Shown piece after piece: positions 4,098 to 13,403 of a stretch of DNA of 16,666 nt. Within the stretch, counting starts at the first letter, position 1, and every line of letters starts with the position of its first letter. The translations under genes were made by a program, and so were the position numbers. The notes below the pieces were generated by a model. It saw nothing but the letters and a program-made list of their open reading frames with translations. It did not search any database and was not told where the DNA came from. Origin of the DNA: a virus; the IMG/VR virus record IMGVR_UViG_3300021431_000601, positions 1-16,666 of that record. One strand, 5' to 3'.

Positions 4098-4717
4098 TGA
4101 GAGCTAATGAACAAAAAATAGCTGCTGATGGATATGAAGTTTGTTTATTTCCATGTGAATGTATGAAATTAAATACTAATAGACCAGAACATGATGTTTA
4201 TGCTTTAGACTTTTTACCAGTAACATCAACTGGAGTTCCAATGACACATATGCCAGTTTATGCTCCATTTACTGGAACAATAGTTTATACTGGAAATGAC
4301 CACAATTGTATTTTACAAAGTAATAGAAAAGTACATACACCAAGTGGATTAAAATATGTTAGAGTTCTAGTTGCTCATAATGACAATCCTCCTCCAGTTG
4401 TAACGACTGAATTTAGACAAGGACAACAATTTTATACTACTGGAAATTATGGATATTCATTTGGAGAACATTTGCATATGGAATATGCTTTAGTTGATAA
4501 TACATCTGATAGATTATGGAATACTGGAGGGATTGGTTTATATAATGGTATTCACATGTGGGATGCTTTATATATAGATGATACATATGTTGTTGCTGGA
4601 GGAAGTTATGATTGGTTAGAATATGGAGAAACACCTCCAATAAAAACATCAAAGAAGAAAAGATTTCCATGGGTATTATATGCTAGGAAGTTTAGAAATA
4701 ATAGAGCAAATGTTTGA
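4097..4717 (+). CDS. M23 (LytM-type) metallopeptidase, 206 aa; second lysin or virion-associated peptidoglycan hydrolase
   Basis: M23-like motifs are present: PVYAPFTGTIVYTG and QGQQFYTTGNYGYSFGEHLHMEY (HxH). An upstream H...D (PEHDVYALDF) is less canonical. The start overlaps the endolysin stop (TAATG). Confidence 0.78.
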   Translation: MRANEQKIAADGYEVCLFPCECMKLNTNRPEHDVYALDFLPVTSTGVPMTHMPVYAPFTGTIVYTGNDHNCILQSNRKVHTPSGLKYVRVLVAHNDNPPPVVTTEFRQGQQFYTTGNYGYSFGEHLHMEYALVDNTSDRLWNTGGIGLYNGIHMWDALYIDDTYVVAGGSYDWLEYGETPPIKTSKKKRFPWVLYARKFRNNRANV

Positions 4718-4732
4718 CATTTGTTCTTTTTT
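4704..4732 (+). terminator. Rho-independent terminator after the lysis module
   Basis: Stem GAGCAAATG (4704-4712) pairs with CATTTGTTC (4718-4726), 9 bp with one G-U. The loop is TTTGA and is followed by TTTTTT (4727-4732). The structure overlaps the TGA stop. Confidence 0.65.
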
Positions 4733-4742
4733 ATTGTATATA
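4714..4742 (+). promoter_or_regulatory. Candidate promoter for the morphogenesis operon
   Basis: Perfect -35 TTGACA at 4714-4719 (inside the terminator loop and right arm), 17-bp spacer, -10 TATATA at 4737-4742. Confidence 0.45.
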
Positions 4743-4763
4743 TAAGACAAGGAGGAGATGCGG

Positions 4764-5054
4764 ATGGCTAAATATAGTGCTGAGGAATTATCAAGTCGAG
4801 TAAATGATCTTGAACTTGATGATGAAGTTAAAATATCTTTAATGGAAGATATTACTGATTCAGTTTCTCCAGATGAATCTGAAGAACTTGCTGGAATTAA
4901 AGCTGAACTTGAAAAAGCTAAAGCTGATTATGAAGAACTAAAAGAAAAATATAAAGCAAGATTTTTAAAAGCTGTTGAATCTGATGAAGAAGAAAAAGAA
5001 GTTGAAGATGAAGATTTAGAAGAAAAAGAAGTTATTGATGTCAAAGAACTATAA
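4764..5054 (+). CDS. Putative scaffolding protein (96 aa)
   Basis: Very acidic and helical (…AELEKAKADYEELKEKYKARF…). It lies immediately upstream of the major capsid gene and is about the size of phi29 gp7. Start moved to ATG 4764, 8 nt after GGAGG (4751-4755). Confidence 0.65.
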   Translation: MAKYSAEELSSRVNDLELDDEVKISLMEDITDSVSPDESEELAGIKAELEKAKADYEELKEKYKARFLKAVESDEEEKEVEDEDLEEKEVIDVKEL

Positions 5055-5071
5055 AAAAGGAGGAATAATAT

Positions 5072-6469
5072 ATGTTAGGACATAATGATGCTGAATTATT
5101 GTCTTTCATAATTAACTCTCAACCAGTTTTAAGAGATAATATTGACCTACCTGTTCAAGGTGAATCAATTGCTCCAATTGGTAAAATTATTGTTAATAAT
5201 GAAAGATACAAAAATGCTTTTATTAATGCTATCAATGTAATTGGTTTAACAATGATTGATAGAAACTATTGGGAAGACCCATGGGAGAATTTTACAAATA
5301 ATGGATATATGAGTTTTGGAGATTCTGCTCGTGAAATGGCTGTTGATATTGCTGATGTATTTGATTACAATACATATGCAACTGATGTTGACCATTTCTT
5401 AGAGAATGTTGTTCCAAATGTTTTAGAATATATTCATCCATTAAATTATCAAAAATTCTACAAAACAACTACTTCAGATACTCAAATGGCTATGGCTTTT
5501 TATAATGAGGGTGGTCTAGTTACTTTAATAGATGAAATTATCTCATCACTTTATGAGGGCTATAAATATGATAAATATATAGTTAATAAGTATATGTTAT
5601 GTAGAAGAATTTTAGATGGTACTGTAACAAGTGTTCAAATAGCTAATTATAATAATTTAACAGCTCGTGAAAGAGTTGCAGCAATGAAGAACATTTCAAA
5701 CTTAATGACATTTAGAAATCCAAATTATAATCCTGCAGGACTTCGAATAGCAACTCCATTCTCTAAACAAATTGCTATTGTTAATACAGATTTTGAAGCT
5801 AGTCTTTCTACTGAAGTTTTAGCAACTTCATTCTTTAGAAATGATGCTGAAATGAAATCTAGAATGGCTCTAATTGATGGTTATGGAAATCATGATGTTG
5901 CTCGTTTAACTGAAGTTTTAGGAGACCAATTCATTCCATTTACTTCAGCTGAATTAGATGCTCTTGCTAATGTTCCAGCAACAATTATTGATAATGAATG
6001 GTTCCAAAATAAAACTTATCGTTTAGATGGAGCTGCTGATACTGATGCCGAAGAAGTATTCACTGAGGGAAATCGTACTGGATTCAAGAGAACAAGTTTC
6101 TATAATCCAGAAACAATGAAGAATAATCATTGGTTACATTATTGGGGAATTAAATCAACTTCACCATTTAAACAAGCTGTTGTATTTACAACTGATACAA
6201 TTGGAGTTACTTCAGTTTCAGTTAGTCCAGCAACAGCAACTATTACAGCTGGTCAAGAATTAAAATTAACTGCATCAGTTGTTACAACTGGATTTGCAAA
6301 TAAGGCTGTTATCTGGAGTGTAGATGATACAAGTGCAGCTGCTGGAGTTACAATCACTCAAGCTGGAGTTCTAAAAGTTCCAGCTGATGCAACTGGAGAA
6401 GTAACAGTTACAGCTACTTCAGTATATGATTCTACTAAATCTAACACAGCAACTATTACTATTGATTAA
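5072..6469 (+). CDS. Major capsid protein with C-terminal Big_2-like Ig domain (465 aa)
   Basis: AAGGAGG lies upstream. It is positioned after the scaffold and before the portal. The C-terminal ~85 aa (VTSVSVSPATATITAGQELKLTASV...VTVTATSVYDSTKSNTATITI) is a typical bacterial Ig-like group 2 domain, as in the phi29 gp8 architecture. A strong terminator follows. Confidence 0.85.
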   Translation: MLGHNDAELLSFIINSQPVLRDNIDLPVQGESIAPIGKIIVNNERYKNAFINAINVIGLTMIDRNYWEDPWENFTNNGYMSFGDSAREMAVDIADVFDYNTYATDVDHFLENVVPNVLEYIHPLNYQKFYKTTTSDTQMAMAFYNEGGLVTLIDEIISSLYEGYKYDKYIVNKYMLCRRILDGTVTSVQIANYNNLTARERVAAMKNISNLMTFRNPNYNPAGLRIATPFSKQIAIVNTDFEASLSTEVLATSFFRNDAEMKSRMALIDGYGNHDVARLTEVLGDQFIPFTSAELDALANVPATIIDNEWFQNKTYRLDGAADTDAEEVFTEGNRTGFKRTSFYNPETMKNNHWLHYWGIKSTSPFKQAVVFTTDTIGVTSVSVSPATATITAGQELKLTASVVTTGFANKAVIWSVDDTSAAAGVTITQAGVLKVPADATGEVTVTATSVYDSTKSNTATITID

Positions 6470-6475
6470 TCCTAT

Positions 6476-6505
6476 AAGGGAGGGAGTTAAAATCCCTCTC
6501 TTTTT
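6476..6505 (+). terminator. Rho-independent terminator/attenuator after the capsid gene
   Basis: Stem AGGGAGGGA (6476-6484) pairs with TCCCTCTCT (6492-6500), 9 bp with one G-U. The loop is GTTAAAA and a T-run extends to 6505. Confidence 0.75.
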
Positions 6506-6528
6506 TAAACTAAGAGAGGAGGAAGATT

Positions 6529-7401
6529 ATGAGAAAAAAATTAATAAATAGTCAGTTAACTAATATGAAAACATATTTAATGTATAGAGAAGAAATGTTA
6601 ACACTTGCTGAAAATGTTTTTGAATTTAAAAATCTTCCAGAGTTTATTGATGTATCATATTTAAATAAAACACTTCTTAGAAATGGTTCAATTGCTTTCT
6701 TTATGGATGATGTATTAGGATTAATTGCACTTCCTTATGATGTAATAGGAAACTTTGATATTTATGGAAGACCACAACAAATTATGTGTAGAGCTGCAAA
6801 TGGTACTTATTACAAACAACTTAATCAAGGAGAATTTGTAATTATGTATGATAATAATGGTCGTTATCCAATCTTTTTAGATATATGTCAGATGGCTGAG
6901 AGAATTGCACTTTCTAAAAGAACAATTGATGTTAATATTGTTCAACAAAGAACCCCTAGAATTTGGAAAACTTCTCAAGATAAAAAGAGAACTTTACAAG
7001 ACATGTTATCAAATATAGATGGAATGGAAGAAAATATTGCTACTTATGAATCAATAGATATTGATGATATGAATGTAGTTTTAGCTCCAGCTCCATTTGT
7101 TGCTGATAAAATAGATCTACATTTAGATAAAGAATGGGCTGAGTTCTATCGTTTAATTGGAGTTGCAAATTTAGTTGAACAGAAAAAAGAGAGAATGATT
7201 AGAGATGAAATGAGTGCATCTCAAGGTGGAACAATAGCAAGTAGATTCTCAAGATTTGAACCTCGTAAAAGAGCAATTGATGAAATCAATAAAAAGTTCG
7301 GAACTAATATTGAAGTGTCATATTATGATGGAGAACCTACAACTGAAGAAGTTAAAGAAATGTTAGAGGAGGTGGAGTTAAATGAGACAGAGAGTTTATA
7401 G
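6529..7401 (+). CDS. Portal / upper collar connector protein (phi29 gp10-like, 290 aa)
   Basis: FEFKNLPEFID and VEQKKERMIRDE correspond to the FEWENLP and LEKKERMVTDE blocks of phi29 gp10 as I recall them. Size and position also fit. Confidence 0.88.
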   Translation: MRKKLINSQLTNMKTYLMYREEMLTLAENVFEFKNLPEFIDVSYLNKTLLRNGSIAFFMDDVLGLIALPYDVIGNFDIYGRPQQIMCRAANGTYYKQLNQGEFVIMYDNNGRYPIFLDICQMAERIALSKRTIDVNIVQQRTPRIWKTSQDKKRTLQDMLSNIDGMEENIATYESIDIDDMNVVLAPAPFVADKIDLHLDKEWAEFYRLIGVANLVEQKKERMIRDEMSASQGGTIASRFSRFEPRKRAIDEINKKFGTNIEVSYYDGEPTTEEVKEMLEEVELNETESL

Positions 7402-8086
7402 AGTATATCCTTTTATAATACCTCCAGCATTTCCAGATTATAATTTACCACCAACACTATATAGGATATTAAATTCATTAGTTAATTATGATGCTCTAGA
7501 ACAAACAAAAATAAAAAATTTAGCAGTGGCTGGAAGAGAAGATATATTTGATTTTGAATATCCTCTATCTTCAAATGTTAATAAGGAAGATTTTGAAGTT
7601 ATGATATTAAATCACTTTCTTATGAGAAGAATTGGTTATGATACAGTTAATGCCTTTAAAATTGCTTTAAATGTTAAAATGAATGAAATTATGCCAATGT
7701 ATAATAAAATGTTTGATATGTTAGAAAATTGGAATATATTTAATGATGGAGAAAGAGTTACAAGAACTGTTACTGATGCTGGAACTAATTCTCTTAATAA
7801 TACTACAACTTCTCAAAATACATCTGATAGAAGATATTCTGATACACCTCAACAACAACTATCAAATGTTAGAGATGGTAAATATATAACTGATTATAAT
7901 TATGATACAGATAATGGAAGTGTTTCTAGTTTATCTAGTGGAACTGATTCAAGAAATACAAGTGAAACTATAATTAGAACACCAAGTGATAAAATGAAAT
8001 TATATAAAGAATTTATTGAAAATAAAAAATCTATAATGACAATGATTTTTGAAGATTTAGAACCATTGTTTTATGGATTAGTATAG
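7382..8086 (+). CDS. Putative lower collar protein (phi29 gp11-like, 234 aa)
   Basis: It immediately follows, and overlaps by 20 nt, the portal gene. GGAGGTGGAG lies upstream. The block ILNHFLMRRIGYDTVNAFK...IMPMYNKMF resembles lower-collar family sequences as I recall them. Not search-verified. Confidence 0.65.
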   Translation: MRQRVYRVYPFIIPPAFPDYNLPPTLYRILNSLVNYDALEQTKIKNLAVAGREDIFDFEYPLSSNVNKEDFEVMILNHFLMRRIGYDTVNAFKIALNVKMNEIMPMYNKMFDMLENWNIFNDGERVTRTVTDAGTNSLNNTTTSQNTSDRRYSDTPQQQLSNVRDGKYITDYNYDTDNGSVSSLSSGTDSRNTSETIIRTPSDKMKLYKEFIENKKSIMTMIFEDLEPLFYGLV

Positions 8087-8099
8087 AGGAGGAATTAAA

Positions 8100-10202
8100 A
8101 TGCAAGGAAATGTAAATATACCAGATTCAACAATTACAACTAATTTAAGTTTTAGACAACTTGTATTAATGAATATGCAACAATTAACTAATTTTCCTTA
8201 TATAGAAAAAGATTTTGATGCTTTAACTGATTATGAATTATTATGTCTAGTTGTTAAATTCTTAAATGATGTAATTGCTAATCAAAATGAACAAAATGAT
8301 TCAATTACTAGAATGTATGAATCATTCTTAGCTTTACAAGATTATGTTAATAATACTAAGGATGAATTAGAAGATGCTTTTAATAATTTGGATGATTATG
8401 TTAGAAATTATTTTGATAACTTAGATGTTCAAGAGGAAATCAACAATAAACTTGATCAAATGTTAGAAGATGGAGTTCTTGAACAAATAATCGAACAATT
8501 TATTCAATCAACTGCTCTTTGGTGTTTTGATAATGTTGCTGAAATGAAATTGGCTACTAATTTAATTAATGGAAGTTATGCAAAAACTTTAGGATATTAT
8601 GAAGTAAACGATGGAGGTTGTTCTACTTATAAAATAACAAATACACAATCACAAACTGAATATCAAGAGCTATTAAATAATGGTTTATATGCTACTTTAA
8701 TTACTAATGGAGAAATAAATGTTAAACAATTGGGAGCCAAAGGAGATGGAGTTACAAATGATGATTTAGCTTTCCAAAAACTTTCTAATATAAATGCTAA
8801 AACAATAAATATTCCATATGGAACATATTTAGTTGAAGCTGTTGCTTTTCCATCTGGAAAAATTAATGGAAATAATTCTACTATTAATTGTTTATTTGAA
8901 ACACAACGATTAACAAATTTTGCAAGTAATAGTATAATTAATAATTTACATATACATTCTTTAAATAATGACAAAGAATGGAATAGAATTGATTTAAGAA
9001 ATAAAAGTTTCATTGAGTTTAATAATTGTAAATTTAGTGGTTTTCAACAACAAGAAGTATCACCAAATGCAAGTGGTTTAAATGTATGGGCTTTATATTT
9101 TAGAGATTGTCATGATATGAGAGTTATTAATTGTGAATTTGAAAATAATAATTTTCAAGATATTATCATTGAATTTAATGTATCTAATTTATATTTTGAA
9201 AATTTACAACGAAATGATGAAATATTTGATGGAGTTGTAGTTGATATTGAACCATCTGAAGAAAATACATGTAAAAACATAACTTTCATAAATTGTAATC
9301 TTAATGATCTAGAAGTATTTGAATATTTTAATACTTTAGATCAAGTTCAAAATGTTAAAATTCTTGATTCAAGAATAGGTAAATTAATGTATCATGGTGG
9401 AGATTTAACAATTGAAAATTGTAAAATTGAAAGTATTGATGCTAATAGTTTTTTACCACATTCAGGAAATTTAAATTTAATTAATTCTGTTAATTTTTCA
9501 AATAATTTAATTACAGATAATTATTTTGCGACTGTAGGAAATCAAACTAATGGTGATTGGATTATGGGATATGTATCAGCATCATGGCTTGATTTTGTAA
9601 ATAGAACAAAAGATAATGAAAATGGTATTGTTCTAAATCTAAACAAAAATAATATAGCTGGTGAATGTATGATTAATTCTAAACCTTTTACTTGCCAACC
9701 TGGTGAAATATATCTTTTAAAAACTTTATGTAAATCAAAGTATCCTTATACAGCTGGAACTCCTATTTCTCAACAAATAGCTATTATGTTTTATAATAGT
9801 AGTGATACTAATTTTGAAACATGGAATGTTTCAATAAATCGTTCAACTAGAGATACTGAAACAAAATTTAAATATTCTAGTAACATATTTAAAATTCCAG
9901 AAAATTGTACTTATTTCAAAATTAGATATAGATGTGAAAATGCATGGTCTAAACATTCATTACATTTAATTAATTCATCTTTATATAAAATAACATGTTC
10001 AACTGATACTAATAATATTGTTGATTTACCTAAAGTAAATAATTTAAAATTTACATTTGATAGTAAACCATCTGATGATAGAAGATACCCTAATTTCTTT
10101 GTAGGTGATACTCTACAATACACAACTCCATCTACATATATTGGTTCAGTATGTACAGTTGATGGTAATACATGGAAAGACTTTGGAAGTTTAGAATCAT
10201 AA
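8100..10202 (+). CDS. Tail appendage / tailspike with right-handed beta-helix (pectate-lyase-like) domain (700 aa)
   Basis: QLGAKGDGVTNDDLAFQKL is the hallmark N-cap motif of pectate-lyase-fold tailspikes, including phi29 gp12. Repeated xNCxF/xNCxI rungs are present (FNNCKFSGF, INCEFENN, INCNLNDL, IENCKIESI). The N-terminal DFDALTDYELLCLVVKFLN block is common in Firmicute phage fibre proteins. Confidence 0.8.
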   Translation: MQGNVNIPDSTITTNLSFRQLVLMNMQQLTNFPYIEKDFDALTDYELLCLVVKFLNDVIANQNEQNDSITRMYESFLALQDYVNNTKDELEDAFNNLDDYVRNYFDNLDVQEEINNKLDQMLEDGVLEQIIEQFIQSTALWCFDNVAEMKLATNLINGSYAKTLGYYEVNDGGCSTYKITNTQSQTEYQELLNNGLYATLITNGEINVKQLGAKGDGVTNDDLAFQKLSNINAKTINIPYGTYLVEAVAFPSGKINGNNSTINCLFETQRLTNFASNSIINNLHIHSLNNDKEWNRIDLRNKSFIEFNNCKFSGFQQQEVSPNASGLNVWALYFRDCHDMRVINCEFENNNFQDIIIEFNVSNLYFENLQRNDEIFDGVVVDIEPSEENTCKNITFINCNLNDLEVFEYFNTLDQVQNVKILDSRIGKLMYHGGDLTIENCKIESIDANSFLPHSGNLNLINSVNFSNNLITDNYFATVGNQTNGDWIMGYVSASWLDFVNRTKDNENGIVLNLNKNNIAGECMINSKPFTCQPGEIYLLKTLCKSKYPYTAGTPISQQIAIMFYNSSDTNFETWNVSINRSTRDTETKFKYSSNIFKIPENCTYFKIRYRCENAWSKHSLHLINSSLYKITCSTDTNNIVDLPKVNNLKFTFDSKPSDDRRYPNFFVGDTLQYTTPSTYIGSVCTVDGNTWKDFGSLES

Positions 10203-10203
10203 T

Positions 10204-10227
10204 AAAAGAACTCAATTGAGTTCTTTT
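10204..10227. terminator. Bidirectional rho-independent terminator between the convergent operons
   Basis: AAAAGAACTC (10204-10213) - AATT - GAGTTCTTTT (10218-10227). The perfect palindrome is flanked by an A-run and a T-run, so either strand reads hairpin plus U-tract. It sits in the 29-nt gap between the stops at 10202 and 10232. Confidence 0.75.
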
Positions 10228-10231
10228 TATT

Positions 10232-11872
10232 TTATACAATTGTATTATTTAAACTATAATTTCCAATATTAGCATGATTATGCCAAATTGTAGTTCCATT
10301 TCTATATATTGTATTTATTATCTCCATTGATGCTGCTGGAACACTTCTATTAGTATTAGTTGAATATCCAATTGATTCTCCACTTCCTATTTTTACAAAG
10401 TTCCAATAAGTTCTTCCAATTTGATTAGGAAGTTTAACTCTATTTATTTTATAACCAAATCTTGTAAACCAATCATCAATTATTCTTGCATATTCTTCTC
10501 TTATTTGCATTTTATAATATGATGGAGCTAATTTATCATAAGCAAAAGTAACATCTCCAATTGTTGTTTGACCACCAATTTGATTAGGAATCATACTTGC
10601 TCTATAATTTTCAGTTACAGCTCCTAACATCTTACCAAATCCAGAACCAACACCCTCAAATGATTTTGTTGCTCCTCCAATTAGAGCTTCAATTGATCCT
10701 CCAATTGCATGAGATGTTGGAGCATCTATCCTCATTCCTAATATATTAACACCATTTTGTGTCATCCAATTTGTATACATGTCAGCATTCCAACTTCCTT
10801 GAGGAATTTTTGCTAAAGGTAATCCCCAAACATAACCACTTCTAGATGTGTCATCTTTCTTATAATTTTTAGGATAAATAAACATAGGACATGATGGAGC
10901 TTGTAAACCGACTAAAGAAAACAATGGAGAATTATTAATAAAATCTTCATATCTATACTCAGCCATTGAACCAGAATTATTAGATATTGTTAATGAATTA
11001 TATGGATAGCATAAAACTTTATTATTCTTAGGAGTATATGAACCAATTGTTGTTGGTCTTGAAATGGATATATTATCATTAATAATTATTACTCCAGTTG
11101 AACCATGTAAAGTTATAAAATTAATATCAGTTTCATCACCTAATCCAGCTGAATTCCAAGTTGTTGAACTAGTAATTGTAGCTAAAACTTCTGGAATCAT
11201 ATAAAGACATTGAATATCAGCTACATGACCAAGTTCAGCATATGCTTTTATAAATTTGGATGCATCCCCTATTCCTTTAAATACTAAATAATATGTTCCA
11301 GAGAATACTCCTCCAATCATTCTATTAGTTGTATATAGACTAGGAGTATTATCTGGTAACCATGAAACACCTATACAAACATGCATTTTTGTATAACTAA
11401 ATGTGCTTGATTCTATTAATCCATAAGATGAAACTATATAATCTCCAAAATCTAATCCCTCATTTATTGTATGTAGACCAAAAGTATCATCATTAACATG
11501 TTCTCTTTCTACAAAACAAGGTTCTGGATTCCAATAATCAAACCATGTAGAAAATTCATCTATTGTATAACGAATCCTAGCTGTTCCATCATTATCATAT
11601 ATAACATCATCAATAAAAGCAAAAAACCATTTATTAGAATAATCTGGATTTTGAAAAGCCATATAATTACATTTTAGAGCATCATTATATGAAAATGATG
11701 TTTTTATATATCCTCTTTCTCCTCTTATAAATGAATAATTGTTTGCACTTGCAACAGCATTAGCTTGACATAAACTAACCATTTGTTGTTCAGTATAATT
11801 TAATACATCTTTATAACTTTTATCTAATTTTATATTTTTACAAATTATTATTTGTGAATTTTGTAATCCCAT
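10232..11872 (-). CDS. Tail knob / distal tube protein (phi29 gp9-like, 546 aa)
   Basis: NYMAFQNPDYSNKWFFAFIDDV, CFVEREHV, FGYKINRVKLPN and TIWHNHANIGNYS match the YIMFQNADYGNKWFYAFV, FIVREHV, YGYKINRVKKPN and LWHTDNIGNYS blocks of phi29 gp9 as I recall them. AAGGAGA SD upstream. Confidence 0.88.
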   Translation of the reverse strand: MGLQNSQIIICKNIKLDKSYKDVLNYTEQQMVSLCQANAVASANNYSFIRGERGYIKTSFSYNDALKCNYMAFQNPDYSNKWFFAFIDDVIYDNDGTARIRYTIDEFSTWFDYWNPEPCFVEREHVNDDTFGLHTINEGLDFGDYIVSSYGLIESSTFSYTKMHVCIGVSWLPDNTPSLYTTNRMIGGVFSGTYYLVFKGIGDASKFIKAYAELGHVADIQCLYMIPEVLATITSSTTWNSAGLGDETDINFITLHGSTGVIIINDNISISRPTTIGSYTPKNNKVLCYPYNSLTISNNSGSMAEYRYEDFINNSPLFSLVGLQAPSCPMFIYPKNYKKDDTSRSGYVWGLPLAKIPQGSWNADMYTNWMTQNGVNILGMRIDAPTSHAIGGSIEALIGGATKSFEGVGSGFGKMLGAVTENYRASMIPNQIGGQTTIGDVTFAYDKLAPSYYKMQIREEYARIIDDWFTRFGYKINRVKLPNQIGRTYWNFVKIGSGESIGYSTNTNRSVPAASMEIINTIYRNGTTIWHNHANIGNYSLNNTIV

Positions 11873-11877
11873 TTAAA

Positions 11878-13041
11878 TCATCTCCTTATTTCAAAATCTA
11901 TTGATTGCTTAAATTCAGTTCCACATAAATCAGTAGAATAAAAAATTCTATTTTCTCTAAATGTTTTAAATAAATCAACCAATGTTTTATTTTTTATTAA
12001 TGGATTATAAATATCTTTTTGCCAATATGGACTTGTTTTTATAATATCACTAAATACAATTATATTTCTTTTTAGTTCTCCAGAATATGGATAAATAAAC
12101 CAAATAACATCTTTTGTTTCTTTATCCATTAAATATTCACATAACCATGTAAAAGTTTTATAATGAAAAGCAAATCTATAAAGCATCTTATATTCTTTAT
12201 AGCTTTTAGGTAATTTTGGTTGAGGATCACTTTGCCATTCACCTTTATTTAACATATTAGCATGAGTTCCAAAAACAAATGAAGAATTTCCAGTTGATTT
12301 ACAATGTTCAACAGCAAGTTTCACTTCAATAGGTATTCCATCATCATCTACTTCTCCAGTAGATAACCATAATGTTTTTATCTCCCCTTGTTTTTGTTTG
12401 AATATTATCTCATTTAATCCCCAATCTTGTATATATGGACAAACTCTTGTAATAGTGTTACCTACTAACCAAAGTTTAGTTGTTCCTCTTTTTCTATCAA
12501 CTGTTGAATAGAAGTTAAGAAGTTTATTAGGTTCATCATGTAAATATGTAGTTCTAGACATGAACTCTTCAAATATAATATCAGATACATCTAAATAAGA
12601 ACCTCCAGCATAATTTTGCTCAGTAGATAGTGAAACAGCATAACCAATTTTAGCTCCTCTTTTAGATTTATGAGTTTCTACATCATAATGAGTTAAATAT
12701 ATTTCCTTTCTATATAATGTAACCATATTATATTCACCATCTGTTAGCTCTTCTATATTAACATCACTAAAATATGATTCAATCCAAGCTGAATTAATTT
12801 CTTCCTTAAATCTTCTCATTAGAATAAATCTTTTTCCAGAATCTTGATGCATCTTAATTATATTACCTTTATCATTATAATTATCAACAAATCTATAGGC
12901 ATCATCTAAATATGGAATAATACCTTTTTTATGCTTTACTTGATAGCTTTTTCCATTACTTCTCTCTCCCCATATTAAATTAACATTAGCTCCTAATTTA
13001 TCTATTTCATCTAACGAGTAGTGGATAACTTTTCTTGACAT
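11878..13041 (-). CDS. DNA encapsidation ATPase (phi29 gp16-like, 387 aa)
   Basis: Walker A is GERSNGKSY (compare GARGIGKSY in gp16). FILMRRF corresponds to FIYVRRY. Walker B is SDIIFEEFM (compare TIVFDEFI). AGGTGA SD lies 6 nt upstream. Confidence 0.9.
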   Translation of the reverse strand: MSRKVIHYSLDEIDKLGANVNLIWGERSNGKSYQVKHKKGIIPYLDDAYRFVDNYNDKGNIIKMHQDSGKRFILMRRFKEEINSAWIESYFSDVNIEELTDGEYNMVTLYRKEIYLTHYDVETHKSKRGAKIGYAVSLSTEQNYAGGSYLDVSDIIFEEFMSRTTYLHDEPNKLLNFYSTVDRKRGTTKLWLVGNTITRVCPYIQDWGLNEIIFKQKQGEIKTLWLSTGEVDDDGIPIEVKLAVEHCKSTGNSSFVFGTHANMLNKGEWQSDPQPKLPKSYKEYKMLYRFAFHYKTFTWLCEYLMDKETKDVIWFIYPYSGELKRNIIVFSDIIKTSPYWQKDIYNPLIKNKTLVDLFKTFRENRIFYSTDLCGTEFKQSIDFEIRR

Positions 13042-13247
13042 TCCAATTCACCTACTAACTCTCCAACTTCAGAAAGTCTTAGATTAGCAAGTTCATATTC
13101 TAAAAACTTTCTAACTTTATTCTCAGCATCTCTTCCACATTTACCTTTCATTAAATTTGATTGATTATATCCAAAGAATCTACATGCTTGACTAACTTTT
13201 ATTTTAGTAAATCCTTGTATGAATTTTAAATCTTTCTTATCTTCCAT
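13011..13247 (-). CDS. Small protein with possible helix-turn-helix (78 aa)
   Basis: TAGGAGG SD upstream. The segment KVSQACRFFGYNQSNLMKGK looks HTH-like. It overlaps the ATPase start by 31 nt. Function unknown. Confidence 0.5.
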   Translation of the reverse strand: MEDKKDLKFIQGFTKIKVSQACRFFGYNQSNLMKGKCGRDAENKVRKFLEYELANLRLSEVGELVGELECQEKLSTTR

Positions 13248-13256
13248 AATAACCTC

Positions 13257-13403
13257 CTAATAATTTTCATAGTATTTGCAATAATCTAATTTAAAATTAT
13301 TATCATAACAATTTTTAAATCTATATAGATTATAACAATTATAACCAAAATAAACAAATATTCCTAATATTACTACAATTAATATATATAAAAATTTATC
13401 CAT
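13257..13403 (-). CDS. Small single-pass membrane protein (48 aa), not in the supplied ORF track
   Basis: Minus-strand ATG at 13403 follows GAGGAG and overlaps the end of the Zn-ribbon ORF (ATGGATAA). Hand translation gives MDKFLYILIVVILGIFVYFGYNCYNLYRFKNCYDNNFKLDYCKYYENY. The stop TAG (13257-13259) is embedded in the SD of the next gene. It fills the otherwise empty 13248-13395 gap. Confidence 0.45.
   Translation of the reverse strand: MDKFLYILIVVILGIFVYFGYNCYNLYRFKNCYDNNFKLDYCKYYENY

Noticed and set aside
4437-4670. 77-aa ORF on the minus strand inside the M23 peptidase gene
   Set aside because: It is antisense to a gene with clear M23 motifs, and it has no SD or family resemblance.
8663-9013. 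116-aa ORF on the minus strand inside the tail appendage gene
   Set aside because: It is antisense to the beta-helix tailspike ORF, whose motifs (GAKGDGVTNDD, NCxF rungs) fix the + frame as coding. No translation signals are present.
9911-10123. 70-aa ORF on the minus strand inside the tail appendage gene
   Set aside because: Rejected for the same reason. It is also upstream of the bidirectional terminator relative to minus-strand transcription, so it would not be transcribed from the leftward unit.
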